Shown here: one piece after another, positions 54,341-64,000 of the stretch | Numbering within the stretch: the first letter of the stretch is position 1 | How the letters are laid out: every line of letters begins with the position of its first letter | DNA from: a virus | Taxonomy: Duplodnaviria > Heunggongvirae > Uroviricota > Caudoviricetes | Length of the DNA: 64,000 bases | IMG/VR virus record: IMGVR_UViG_3300002498_000057 | Direction: 5' to 3' (one strand) | The notes under the pieces: generated by a model | The model's input: only the letters and a program-made list of their open reading frames with translations | Told to the model about the DNA's origin: nothing | Databases searched by the model: none | Translations under genes and position numbers: made by a program

Positions 54341-54698
54341 AATGAAAAAAATCATGTTAATTACAGTGTTTATATTGATAGTTATATCTATCTATTCACA
54401 AGTTATTATTAATCCAGGAGTTTACGAAGGAACTGGAAATTGGCAAGCAAGAACAAGAGAAATTCATAAGTGGGTAGTAAATTCTGATGGAGCAATATTA
54501 ATATATATTAACAATCAAAGAATAGGTGATGTATTGTTTTATAGAACAGAAATTTATAACGGTAATGTATTATTAACAACTTGTTTAAAAACTGGTGATT
54601 CCGTTGATTACTATTATTTAATAAGAACAGGATCTGGCATTGAATTACAATTTTATCATAATCCAAATTACAGATTGATATTAAGGAAAATACAGTAA
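54341..54698 (+). CDS. hypothetical secreted protein (signal peptide)
   Basis: MKKIMLITVFILIVISIYSQ; SD AAGGAG. Confidence 0.45.
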
Positions 54699-54931
54699 TG
54701 AAACAGACATTTGTAGTTGATACTGAAGAAAATGTATTAGAGTTTGATCGTCTATTGAGATCTATTATTTCGTTGATTTTTCCAGACTGGAAAGAATACA
54801 TAATGGAACTGGCATACGAAATATCGGCAGATGAATATATACGATGCCTAGAATGTGAAGAACGAATTTACTATTTAGACAAGTTTTGTAGGCATTGTGG
54901 GCATGAAGTAAATAAAAATAAGGAAGTATAA
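54698..54931 (+). CDS. hypothetical zinc-ribbon protein
   Basis: CLECEERIYYLDKFCRHCGHE. Confidence 0.4.
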   Translation: MKQTFVVDTEENVLEFDRLLRSIISLIFPDWKEYIMELAYEISADEYIRCLECEERIYYLDKFCRHCGHEVNKNKEV

Positions 54932-54932
54932 A

Positions 54933-55337
54933 ATGGGAATTCAACAAATTCTTTTAATCGTACTGAGCATTATCATCGTCGGCGTAGCAATCACTGTCGG
55001 TATCAGCATGTATAACAATCAAAACCTCTCAACTGAAACATATGAATTAATAGCTTTAAGTAATAATTCTGAAATATCTGGAAAGTTCTTTATATTGAGT
55101 GGCACACTAGGAACTGAAAACATATATAAGTGTATGATAAAGTATAATGGTGGTTATAAAATGGTTACATTAAATCCAGATTATGCGACGATATATGAAA
55201 TTAATGATGGTTCAGTGCCCAGAATTGAAGGTAGATATAGTGAATATGATAAACAGTTTTCTATAATTAAAGAGATAAAAGTATATATTCCTACTAATTC
55301 AATATTAAATAAATTTGAAATTGATGTTTCAAAGTAA
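54933..55337 (+). CDS. hypothetical membrane-anchored protein (paralog of 53918)
   Basis: N-terminal TM; C-terminal YIPTNSILNKFEIDVSK. Confidence 0.45.
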   Translation: MGIQQILLIVLSIIIVGVAITVGISMYNNQNLSTETYELIALSNNSEISGKFFILSGTLGTENIYKCMIKYNGGYKMVTLNPDYATIYEINDGSVPRIEGRYSEYDKQFSIIKEIKVYIPTNSILNKFEIDVSK

Positions 55338-55350
55338 TGGGTGATATAAA

Positions 55351-56181
55351 ATGAAACTAATAGTTTTAGGCGCAGGTTCAGCATTTTCAATGAAGCAGTA
55401 TCAATCTAACTTTTTATTAGATTTTGATGGATATAAAATGCTTTTTGATTGTGGTGGAGATATACGATGGGCATTAAAAGAACAAGGATTAAATGTTAAT
55501 GATATAGATGGAATAGCGATATCGCACTACCATAGCGACCATATCGGTGGACTTTAGTGGGTAGCTTTAAATAGGTTCTTTAATAAATCATTACCAAAAC
55601 CTGATTTATACATTTCTGAAAACTTAGTTGATGATTTATGGTCAGATTGTTTAAAGGGTGGTTTATCCACATATCAGGGTTGTGTATTACGATTGCATGA
55701 CTATTTTAATATTATAGCAATTCCAGAAAATGAAACAATATCGATAGTTAATAATGATGATGAATTTGTAGGTTGGGCTATGACTCCTGTTCAAACAGTT
55801 CATATTATGTCTGGATATAAAATCATGCCTTCGTATGGTATTATACTTGAGAGAAATCCACAAATACTGGGTTCAAAAATATATAAAATAAATAAATTAT
55901 ATATAACTTCAGATACACAATATTGTCCATATCAAATCAGAGATTTCTACGCAAGTGCGGATTTGATATTAGAAGATTGTGAAACTGCTGAATTTAAATC
56001 ACATGTTCATGCTCACTATGAAGATTTAAAAACATTAGAACCAGGATTCAAAAATAAGATGTGGTTATATCATTATAATGATCAACCTTGGGGCTGTGCA
56101 TCATTCGAAGCAATGCAACAAATGGCACAGCATGATGGATTTTTAGGGTTTTTAAGGCAAGGTCAAGTGCTAGAGATATAA
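55351..56181 (+). CDS. MBL-fold metallo-hydrolase, RNase Z-like, with a single in-frame TAG at 55555
   Basis: VLGAGSAFS...LFDCGGDI and SHYHSDHIGGL[TAG]WVAL; the frame joins track ORFs 55351 and 55693 into one 276-codon CDS. Confidence 0.65.
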
Positions 56182-56648
56182 ATGAAAATAACAGATAAGG
56201 CTTCAATATTTTATTATTGTGAATAGTAGATATTATTATCAGTTCTTAATAATTATATTCATAAAAAGCATATAATGGATTAGACTTTAACAGTTTAGTT
56301 GATAAGAACATATTAGAAATCAGTTTTAATGAACGAGTATATTGTTAACGGTATACAAATTTGGTATGTATTATTCAACTTGGGAGCAAATGATAATGTC
56401 ATTTAAAATAGAATATTGAGTTTGGTTTTTGGCGGCTGGTTATTATCATACTGGCTATGATAGGCGCACGTCTTACCACTAATATCTATAGTGTGCTCTT
56501 TGGCGGCCATGATCTAAGACAATAATAGATACAACTAACTTTGTAATAATTATTGAATACGTACCTATCAATAGAACAACATTTTTTAAAATATACCAAG
56601 ATGACAAAAAGTATATGAATTTCATATGAAGCTTGAGGAGTAATAGTT

Positions 56649-57104
56649 ATGTGTCTATATATTAAAAGAAGGTTTTGGACAAAGGTTAAGAATACATTTG
56701 GTGTTTATGATACAACAAAAGATAGTTTATCAGTATATGTTGTTAGGCATGTAGACGAGGATAATGCAATTTCATCTCCATTTCACGGTGATTATATATG
56801 GGAAATTGGAAAAACCTTTGCAATAAAAAAAATTAAACATAAAATTTATAAATTGTGTGGAGTTGAATATATTACATTTGGATGGTTTCACAGTGTTAAA
56901 TTGTTTAAAGATGCAAATGATTTAAAGCTAATGTTATATGAGAACTCAAATTATCATTTGACAAAGGGTGCAAGATTGAAAATTTATAAAGCAGAAATTC
57001 CAGCAAGCACAATATTCTATAATGGATCATTTGATACAGAACGGGGATGTATGCCATCAATAGCATCAAAAAAATTAAAGCTTATTGGGGAAGTTAAATG
57101 TTAA
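56649..57104 (+). CDS. hypothetical protein
   Basis: ORF with SD GGAG. Confidence 0.4.
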   Translation: MCLYIKRRFWTKVKNTFGVYDTTKDSLSVYVVRHVDEDNAISSPFHGDYIWEIGKTFAIKKIKHKIYKLCGVEYITFGWFHSVKLFKDANDLKLMLYENSNYHLTKGARLKIYKAEIPASTIFYNGSFDTERGCMPSIASKKLKLIGEVKC

Positions 57105-57304
57105 GAGAATGTACATATTGTAATAAGACTTTTGATAGGGGTAAAGCTCGTGTTGAGGATGATTGCTATAGTGAAATTTGTGATAGTTGCTTTGAGTTAT
57201 TGACAGAGTATAACAATACACATCCAGTAACAGATAAAGAAAAAATTGAATATATGATAAATAAATTAGAGCTGGATAAAACTAAAAACTTAACATATTT
57301 ATAG
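57098..57304 (+). CDS. hypothetical small Cys-rich protein
   Basis: ORF overlapping the previous stop. Confidence 0.35.
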   Translation: MLRECTYCNKTFDRGKARVEDDCYSEICDSCFELLTEYNNTHPVTDKEKIEYMINKLELDKTKNLTYL

Positions 57305-57539
57305 AATGTCAATTATCAAATACAAAATAATTGTAAGTTCTATAATATAGCTGGATTATACTATTTTGTCCATAATCATGCAACAGCAAGATTTAATGAA
57401 ATGTCACCAATGAGAAAAATGATGCAATCATCTATTGTCTATGCTCCATTAACATTTGAATTTAAGAAGAATAGATGGCAATTGGATAATAGTGTTAAAT
57501 ATATATACAATATTAGTAATAATAAGTTTGAGGTTATGG

Positions 57540-58310
57540 ATGAACATAGGAATATATCCAACTAAAAGATGCAATTTAAAGTGTGCACATTGTATGCACG
57601 ATTGCTCACCAGAAAACAATGAAGAAATGACTATAGCCCAATTACATTATATGTATAAATTTATTCATTGGTGCCACACATAGGTTATTAAAGTAGATCA
57701 GATATGTATTAGTGGTGGTGAACCATTTCTATATACACATATTACTAGATTATTAACACGTATTAAAGATATTTCAACACAATTAAATATACCATTTTCA
57801 ATTTGTACTAATGGAACTATACCATATAGATATACAACTGGATTTTTGGAGTTAGACTTAGATTTTGTATGCAAAGTAGTTAGAATATCATCATCAATTT
57901 TTCACGATGCTCAACTTAAATAGAGAAAGTTAAGACAATATTTTTCAGAATTTACAAATATGTGTCAATAGCCAGTGATTCATAGGGTTGTAAGAATAAG
58001 TGATAAAGGTAGAGCAAAGGATTTAATTACTAATGATCCTAATAAATACTATGATGGTGGATTAATATGTTTCAATAAAAACCATATTGGTATTAATTTT
58101 AAGCCAAAGTTTATTTCATTTTGCTCTGAAGATGATAGTGAAATAGATTCATACAAATATTTATACTATTAGGATTTAAGTTCATTGCATATGGATGAAA
58201 TAACTTCATTTAGAACAATTATAACTAAAGCATATGAATTTCATGGAAGAAAGATAGCAGGATTGTGTGGTAATAAATGTAAACATTATACAATAAAAAA
58301 TTCAAAATAA
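57540..58310 (+). CDS. radical SAM protein (recoded, 4 in-frame TAG)
   Basis: CNLKCAHCMHD (CxxxCxxC), ISGGEPF; SD GAGGTTATGG. Confidence 0.65.
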
Positions 58311-58326
58311 GAAACATTGGAAACAA

Positions 58327-59103
58327 ATGATTAAAAAACAAAACGCTGGAATATATGATCAATTCTACACCAAGCCATAGGTAGCTAAAGCTTTAATTAA
58401 AAATATAGATATATCAAAGTATGAGTTAATAATATAGCCATCTGCTGGTAATGGTAGCTTTAGTAAGCAAATAAAGAATTGTATGGCTTATGATATAGAC
58501 CCAAAAGATTAGTCAATAATTAAGGGTGATTATCTATAGATGCAGATCATAACTAATCCATAGAAAACTTTAGTTATTGGTAACCCCCCCTTTGGTAGGC
58601 AATCCTCTCTAGCATTTAAGTTTATAAAAAAGTCCATGCTAATTGCCGATACGGTGGCATTTATATTACCAAAATCCTTCAGAAAGGTATCATATATAGA
58701 TAGAGTACCATTAACTCACTAGTGTGTCTTATAGATTGATCTGGATGATAATTCATTCATTGTAGATAGTAACTAGTACTCTGTTCCATGTGTCTTTCAA
58801 ATATGGGAAAGATGTACTATAAACAGAATAAAACATAGTAACTATCATACAAATGATTTTTAGTTCTGTAGTAAGAAATAGGCGCAATTATCAATTAGAC
58901 GTGTTGGGTGGTATGCTGGAATTGTGTATAGTGATATAGATAAATCATAGAGCTCATTTTATTTTGTGAAGTAGAAGAATAAAGATATTAATTATATCAA
59001 ATAGAAGTTATAGAGCATTGATTATAATGATGTGAAGGATAATTCAGCAGGAATACGCACCATATCAAAAAGATAGATAATAATGAAATACGTGGGAGAA
59101 TAA
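58327..59103 (+). CDS. N6-adenine DNA methyltransferase (recoded)
   Basis: FYTKP.VAKALI (motif I region) and VIGNPPFGRQSS (motif IV NPPF); about 14 in-frame TAG. Confidence 0.65.
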
Positions 59104-59341
59104 TATGAGAAAAAACACATTGTGTTCATTCGTACATCCAGATATCGTAAACTAGGATAAATATCCATATCCCTTTAAGCATGGTGATCAGTTTATTTAT
59201 CTTGGTGATATACGCGGAATGAGGGGGCATGGAATATTTGTTCATAGAAAAACTAATCTAGTTTATTCTGGATATTACACTTAGAACTTTATAAAGGCTT
59301 TGAAATAGATGTTTCAAACTAAAGATATCTGAGAAATTATT

Positions 59342-59806
59342 ATGAATAAAATATTAAAGCTTATATCAAATTTGCTTTTTGAAATAAAGTGGGTTTTTCT
59401 CAGACCTTTTTGTTTAATATATGATATACCAAAAATAATCAAATTCAACAAAAAAATTGATTTACTCCCAGATCAAGAATCTTGGCATATAACTGAATCG
59501 CACTATGGATTTAAATGTAAAGTTGGTGACATTGTTGAATATGATTATCAAATAGGTTATTATGATCATAAAAGATATAAGCCCGGATATTGTATTGTAT
59601 TGGATGTCACTAAAAAGATGATGAAGAAAGGCATTGATTGTGCTTTGCCGGGTTTACATGGATTTTATGGTAAATGGTATGGAGAAGACATTATGAATGA
59701 AAAGTCTTATGGCAAAATACATATGCTATGCGATACATTTTATCAACTTAAAGTTATTGGTAATGTTAATGATAACCCAGAACTTATTAAATATATTGCA
59801 GACTAA
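59342..59806 (+). CDS. hypothetical protein
   Basis: ORF. Confidence 0.4.
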   Translation: MNKILKLISNLLFEIKWVFLRPFCLIYDIPKIIKFNKKIDLLPDQESWHITESHYGFKCKVGDIVEYDYQIGYYDHKRYKPGYCIVLDVTKKMMKKGIDCALPGLHGFYGKWYGEDIMNEKSYGKIHMLCDTFYQLKVIGNVNDNPELIKYIAD

Positions 59807-59910
59807 GGAGTAAAATAATGAATTTATTCAATGAAATAATGAAAAATGATATGCTACCATGCATTTATACAGTGTGCATAGCTATTGATCCAGAAGCAAA
59901 TAAGATTTTA

Positions 59911-59948
59911 AAATAATTGTGATAAATAACTATAATCTAGATATAATT
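59911..59948 (+). promoter_or_regulatory. conserved promoter motif copy 13
   Basis: TTGTGA 59918-59923, 19-nt spacer, TATAAT 59943-59948. Confidence 0.6.
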
Positions 59949-59967
59949 AAATAAAGGAGGTACACTT

Positions 59968-60153
59968 ATGAAAAAATTATCAATAGGTAATTGGTTCGTA
60001 ATTATAGTTGCAGTAATTATTGCATTTATTTGTGTTTATGGCATATTCTTTAATTCAAATGTCATTGATTTCAAAAAGCATAATACAGTAGATACAATTC
60101 AGGTCATAACTGATTATGCCGAACCTGTAATTGATACAACCGTGGTTAAGTAA
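59968..60153 (+). CDS. hypothetical small membrane protein
   Basis: SD AAGGAGGT. Confidence 0.4.
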   Translation: MKKLSIGNWFVIIVAVIIAFICVYGIFFNSNVIDFKKHNTVDTIQVITDYAEPVIDTTVVK

Positions 60154-60211
60154 TACTAAAGTGGTCTGTAGGTAAATTATAACTATATCTATAGACCACC
60201 TATTTTTGCTC

Positions 60212-60249
60212 AAAATAATTGTGATAAATACCAAAAATCTAATTATAAT
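60212..60249 (+). promoter_or_regulatory. conserved promoter motif copy 14
   Basis: TTGTGA 60219-60224, 19-nt spacer, TATAAT 60244-60249. Confidence 0.6.
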
Positions 60250-60280
60250 ATAATTATATTTAAGAAAAAGAGGTTATACC

Positions 60281-60763
60281 ATGAAACAATTAAAAGATCA
60301 ATTTGTTACCGTAACATATGCAAGGGCTGTAAGTCAACCATCTGGTAGTGTTAGGGGTAAAAAACAAACATATAAAGCATTGGTGTTAAATGTAACTGAT
60401 ACTACAATATCGGTACGTATGATAAAGTCTCAATGTTATGTTGATATATTATATAAAAAATGCGGTTATAGTGTAACCCACCCAGATTTTATTAAATTTA
60501 TGAAAGATTGTCGTAATGCATTAAATATTGGATATACTATACAAGAAACTGGTGTAGTATCGATTCCATTAAATATTACCTTTTCAATAGAATCGTTTAA
60601 AAAAATGAATCCTATTATCATTAATAAAAATACATTATCTAAAGATGAATTATTAATACTTGAAGATCAAATTCAAATAATGCACAAAGATTTAGCACAT
60701 TCTTGTTGGTTTGATAATGATAACGATTGTATGAGATGGTACAGAAAATATATTCCAAAATAA
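60281..60763 (+). CDS. hypothetical protein
   Basis: SD AGAGGT; stop lies inside the next promoter motif. Confidence 0.45.
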   Translation: MKQLKDQFVTVTYARAVSQPSGSVRGKKQTYKALVLNVTDTTISVRMIKSQCYVDILYKKCGYSVTHPDFIKFMKDCRNALNIGYTIQETGVVSIPLNITFSIESFKKMNPIIINKNTLSKDELLILEDQIQIMHKDLAHSCWFDNDNDCMRWYRKYIPK

Positions 60764-60794
60764 TTGTGATAGTTTGAAGTCGTATAAATATAAT
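60757..60794 (+). promoter_or_regulatory. conserved promoter motif copy 15
   Basis: TTGTGA 60764-60769, 19-nt spacer, TATAAT 60789-60794. Confidence 0.6.
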
Positions 60795-60820
60795 TAATTT
60801 ATATTTAAAAGGAGACGACA

Positions 60821-61891
60821 ATGAAATTATCAGAATCTAATATAACTATACTTAATGATCATATTACTAATGGTAATATAAGAGTTGCAAAGCATCCAGA
60901 TTATGAATTATACTTATATAAATATACTCAGCAATGTGTATTTAATGGTATATGGGATGATGTTACATTAATGTGTAGAGGTTTAGTATTAGATAATGAA
61001 TATAATATCATTGCAAATTGTATTCCAAAGTTTTTTAATTATGAAGAATTAAATCAAGTAAGAGTTCCAAATATTAATTTAAATCAGGCTTTTACAATTA
61101 CACGAAAAGACGATGGAAGTTTAATTCAAATATTCATGTATAAAAATAATTTAATAACAACTTCATCTGGTGGATTTTGTAATGACTATACAAAAAAAGC
61201 TGAAGAATTACTTAGTACAAAATACAAACATATTATTCCAATAATTACAGATTCACCAGATTTAAATTTTATATTTGAAATGATTTCTCCATTAACTAAA
61301 GTGGTTATAAACTATGAGGATACTGAAGAATTAAGACTAATAACTATTAGAGATATGGATGGACTTGAATTTTCTAGGTTTATTGAATGGTGTAAAACTC
61401 AAGGATTTGATTATGTCCAGGAAGAGAAATTTTACTCTATAGTCCAGTTATTAGTAGAAAAAGTATCAGAGTTTAAAAATATCGAAGGTTATGTTATAAA
61501 GTTTGAAGATGGGCAACGTGTAAAGTTTAAGTATGATGAATATTTTACATTACATAAAACAATAGCTCATGTAAGTAAAAAGTTTGTATGGGAAGCATTA
61601 GCTAATAATATAGATTTAAACTTAGAAAATATTCCAGATGAAACATTTAAACAGATTAAACAATGGAAAAAAGAACTTGAAGATGAATTTAATTTTATTG
61701 AAGATGCAGTTGTAAAGGCTAATAGGCGGGTGTCTATTGCATCAATAAATGGAGTCTTCAATAGAAAGCAACAAGCAGAATTTATCTTAAAAAATTATAA
61801 AGAATACTCTCAAATGCTATTTGCTATGTTAGACGATAGAGATATTGAGCCTATGATATGGAAAAAAATTAAACCAAGTAATGAGGACTAA
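60821..61891 (+). CDS. Rnl1-family ATP-dependent RNA ligase (T4 RnlA-like)
   Basis: Motif I ITRKDDGSLIQIF (compare T4 KEDGSL), motif IV EGYVIKFEDG, motif V RVKFKYDEY; 356 aa; SD AAGGAGA. Confidence 0.7.
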   Translation: MKLSESNITILNDHITNGNIRVAKHPDYELYLYKYTQQCVFNGIWDDVTLMCRGLVLDNEYNIIANCIPKFFNYEELNQVRVPNINLNQAFTITRKDDGSLIQIFMYKNNLITTSSGGFCNDYTKKAEELLSTKYKHIIPIITDSPDLNFIFEMISPLTKVVINYEDTEELRLITIRDMDGLEFSRFIEWCKTQGFDYVQEEKFYSIVQLLVEKVSEFKNIEGYVIKFEDGQRVKFKYDEYFTLHKTIAHVSKKFVWEALANNIDLNLENIPDETFKQIKQWKKELEDEFNFIEDAVVKANRRVSIASINGVFNRKQQAEFILKNYKEYSQMLFAMLDDRDIEPMIWKKIKPSNED

Positions 61892-62281
61892 TGGTAAATA
61901 TACAATCTGAATTAGTATATTAGGTTAGATAGACGTCTGATTTAATAATGATAAAAGTATAGAATTGTCATGTAAATTGTTTTAAAAATAAAAACATTTT
62001 AACATTTTAGTGGTACCGTGATGGTGTGTAGAATGTGTATAAATATATTTATATTGCATATGATATATAGTTAAAATTAACAAAAACAAATATAGAAAAT
62101 TTAATTGTTAGTTATCAGGATTCATACAATAAATTAAATTTAAATAAATTATATATGAATAATGTTATTATTAATTTTTATAATTACAAATTAAAGGATA
62201 GTGGAGTATTATCATTTTCAATTCAATTTGATAATGATATTAGTAAAGTTATAACTATCAAACTAAAATAAGGAAGATAAA

Positions 62282-62557
62282 ATGAATATTAAATTTAGGT
62301 ATTTTGGTGATACCAGCATATCAAAAGGCACTGGTAAAATTGTTGTAGCGTATGATGATTTTAAGCGATGTGGAATTGCATTTTGCAATCCTAACGATGT
62401 ATATAGTAAGAAGACAGGTAGAAGTATTGCAGCGTATAGATTACTTAGTAATCCAATTAAAGTATTAAAAGATGATATGTCATATGGAGATTGGATTGAT
62501 TTGTTTCTAGATGCAACTCATGCACCAAATTGGTTATATCGGGATCAAACAATTTAA
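62282..62557 (+). CDS. hypothetical protein
   Basis: SD AAGGAAGAT. Confidence 0.4.
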   Translation: MNIKFRYFGDTSISKGTGKIVVAYDDFKRCGIAFCNPNDVYSKKTGRSIAAYRLLSNPIKVLKDDMSYGDWIDLFLDATHAPNWLYRDQTI

Positions 62558-62756
62558 CATGCATACTGATAAAAATAGAATATATGTTGGTGTTGGAAAT
62601 TGAACTTTAACAGCATAGTATAATAAAGTGTTATAGGATATTATTAATTATATTCATACCAATATATGTTATGATGATGAGGATTGAAGTAACTTATAGA
62701 AGTTAGAATAGTTTATTAAATCTAAGAAAAAACAATAATATCAGGTGTAAATGGAT

Positions 62757-62794
62757 ATAAAAATTGTGATAATTTGCACAACACAACATATAAT
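62757..62794 (+). promoter_or_regulatory. conserved promoter motif copy 16
   Basis: TTGTGA 62764-62769, 19-nt spacer, TATAAT 62789-62794. Confidence 0.55.
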
Positions 62795-62821
62795 AAAATT
62801 AATAAACAAAAAGAGGTTATT

Positions 62822-63118
62822 ATGAAATTCAATTATTTATGGTTCGCTATTCCAAAAACTGGAAAACAGGTTAGAGTAACTATTGCGTATGCTAATAATC
62901 AATATGCATTTGCCGTTCAAAGCCCAAATGACATGTTTGTTAAATATCTTGGACGTGAATTAGCTATTAGAAAGTATAATACTGGTAAAGTATATTATAC
63001 TCAAGAATCTACATGGAAAAGAATTAAAGAATCGTTTTTACAATTACTTATTTCCGATAAGTGTCTTCATAATGATATTCCAGACTTCTTAAAAGCCGCG
63101 TTTCTACTAACCAGGTAA
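62822..63118 (+). CDS. hypothetical protein
   Basis: SD AAGAGGT + ATG at 62822 (the track ORF starts upstream at 62774). Confidence 0.45.
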   Translation: MKFNYLWFAIPKTGKQVRVTIAYANNQYAFAVQSPNDMFVKYLGRELAIRKYNTGKVYYTQESTWKRIKESFLQLLISDKCLHNDIPDFLKAAFLLTR

Positions 63119-63124
63119 ATAATT

Positions 63125-63517
63125 ATGCTATATCAACAAAATATTAAAGACCAATTAAGACAGAAAAAAATTACTATAGCTATAATTAAGCAGTATATTC
63201 AATCTAAATTAAATACTAACGATAGGTGGATGTACACAGCTTTAATAAGATTATATAGTAAACAAACTCTTGAAGAACAAACTTTTGATGAATCATTAGA
63301 AATAAATAATCAAGGGTTTAGTAGTGCTGATGCAGAATTATTATCTAGTTATGCAAAACAATATGAAAGTAAAAAGTTTTTAACACCAAAGCAAAAACAT
63401 TGGTGTAGAACTAAAATACTTAAGTATTGGGAGCAGATTTGGAATATATCAGATCAAGAAAGAATGATAGATTTAATTGAAAAGGAGAATAATGATGATC
63501 AAATGCTCTGTGTGTAA
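63125..63517 (+). CDS. hypothetical protein
   Basis: ORF. Confidence 0.4.
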   Translation: MLYQQNIKDQLRQKKITIAIIKQYIQSKLNTNDRWMYTALIRLYSKQTLEEQTFDESLEINNQGFSSADAELLSSYAKQYESKKFLTPKQKHWCRTKILKYWEQIWNISDQERMIDLIEKENNDDQMLCV

Positions 63518-63680
63518 TCAACCTATTGAAAGGCTACCATATGATTAGATTAAAAACAAATCTAATTATTGTGATAACTGTGCAACTCTTGAACATATTG
63601 CAAATAAATTTAAGTGTATAGATAATATAGATAATAACATTATTGGCAAATTTTCAATATTTAAATCAAATGAAGACAAT

Positions 63681-63917
63681 ATGTTACTTATATGTGGATG
63701 GAATTTAAAAAACGAATTCTATTGGGATTATATACCAGTTCAAGAATATTTACTATCATATCAATTGCATGGAGAAAAAATGAAAGTTCAAGATAAAAAA
63801 AGAAAAATTAAACGAATAGTATATATTACAAAGTGTCCAGATTGTAATAAAGAAAACTGTAAGCTTAGACAATTATGTGGTAGTATTCCAGATGAATGCC
63901 CACTAGACACTATTTAG
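63681..63917 (+). CDS. hypothetical small Cys-rich protein
   Basis: ORF. Confidence 0.3.
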   Translation: MLLICGWNLKNEFYWDYIPVQEYLLSYQLHGEKMKVQDKKRKIKRIVYITKCPDCNKENCKLRQLCGSIPDECPLDTI

Positions 63918-64000
63918 GAATAATTTGTGAAATATTTAAATTCAATAGAGATACCACTACTATAGTTTATAAAATTATATGGTATATAGTTATATGAAAA

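Overview
This 64 kb window is an AT-rich (~28% GC) stretch of a large bacteriophage genome; almost every gene is on the + strand. It has sigma70-like promoters with Shine-Dalgarno sites, a tmRNA, about 35 tRNA and tRNA-like genes in four clusters, bacterial IS elements, an HNH endonuclease and T4-like RNA ligases. The ORF track is nearly empty for the first ~20 kb and for several islands (27.8-29.7, 33.4-41.7, 57.5-59.3 kb) because these regions use a non-standard genetic code, not because they are non-coding. Only TAA terminates. TGA reads as Trp: it supplies the conserved W of the T4 Rnl2 motif and the GWKQ motif of IS607 TnpB. TAG reads most probably as Glu: it sits at conserved Glu positions of DnaK, DnaJ, DnaB and EF-Ts, and it encodes all three catalytic Glu codons of a Nudix box. 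Matching tRNAs are encoded: tRNA(CUA) with a Glu-type body and its own promoter, and tRNA-Trp(UCA). Recognisable recoded genes include a DnaB helicase, class II RNR NrdJ, a LigT-like 2H phosphoesterase, DnaK, DnaJ, Nudix, two TnpB, IS607 TnpA, EF-Ts, a metallophosphoesterase, a radical SAM protein and an N6-adenine MTase. A second population of genes lacks internal TAG/TGA entirely: the Ro60/TROVE-vWA ortholog, RtcB, the Rnl1- and Rnl2-like ligases, Sir2, an SPFH protein, an HNH endonuclease, a Pol-beta nucleotidyltransferase and many small ORFs. The most striking system is an RNA-repair/RNA-quality-control module. It comprises six tandem Y-RNA-like (YrlA/YrlB-like) ncRNAs directly upstream of the Ro60 ortholog, plus RtcB, Rnl1, Rnl2, LigT, an RNase Z-like MBL enzyme, a tmRNA and EF-Ts. 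Around it is a tRNA repertoire with many non-canonical members: class-swapped Leu- and Cys-anticodon tRNAs, insert-bearing tRNA-like RNAs, and C33/G33 anticodon loops. A 16-copy promoter motif (AAAATAATTGTGATAA-N15-TATAAT) heads most transcription units.
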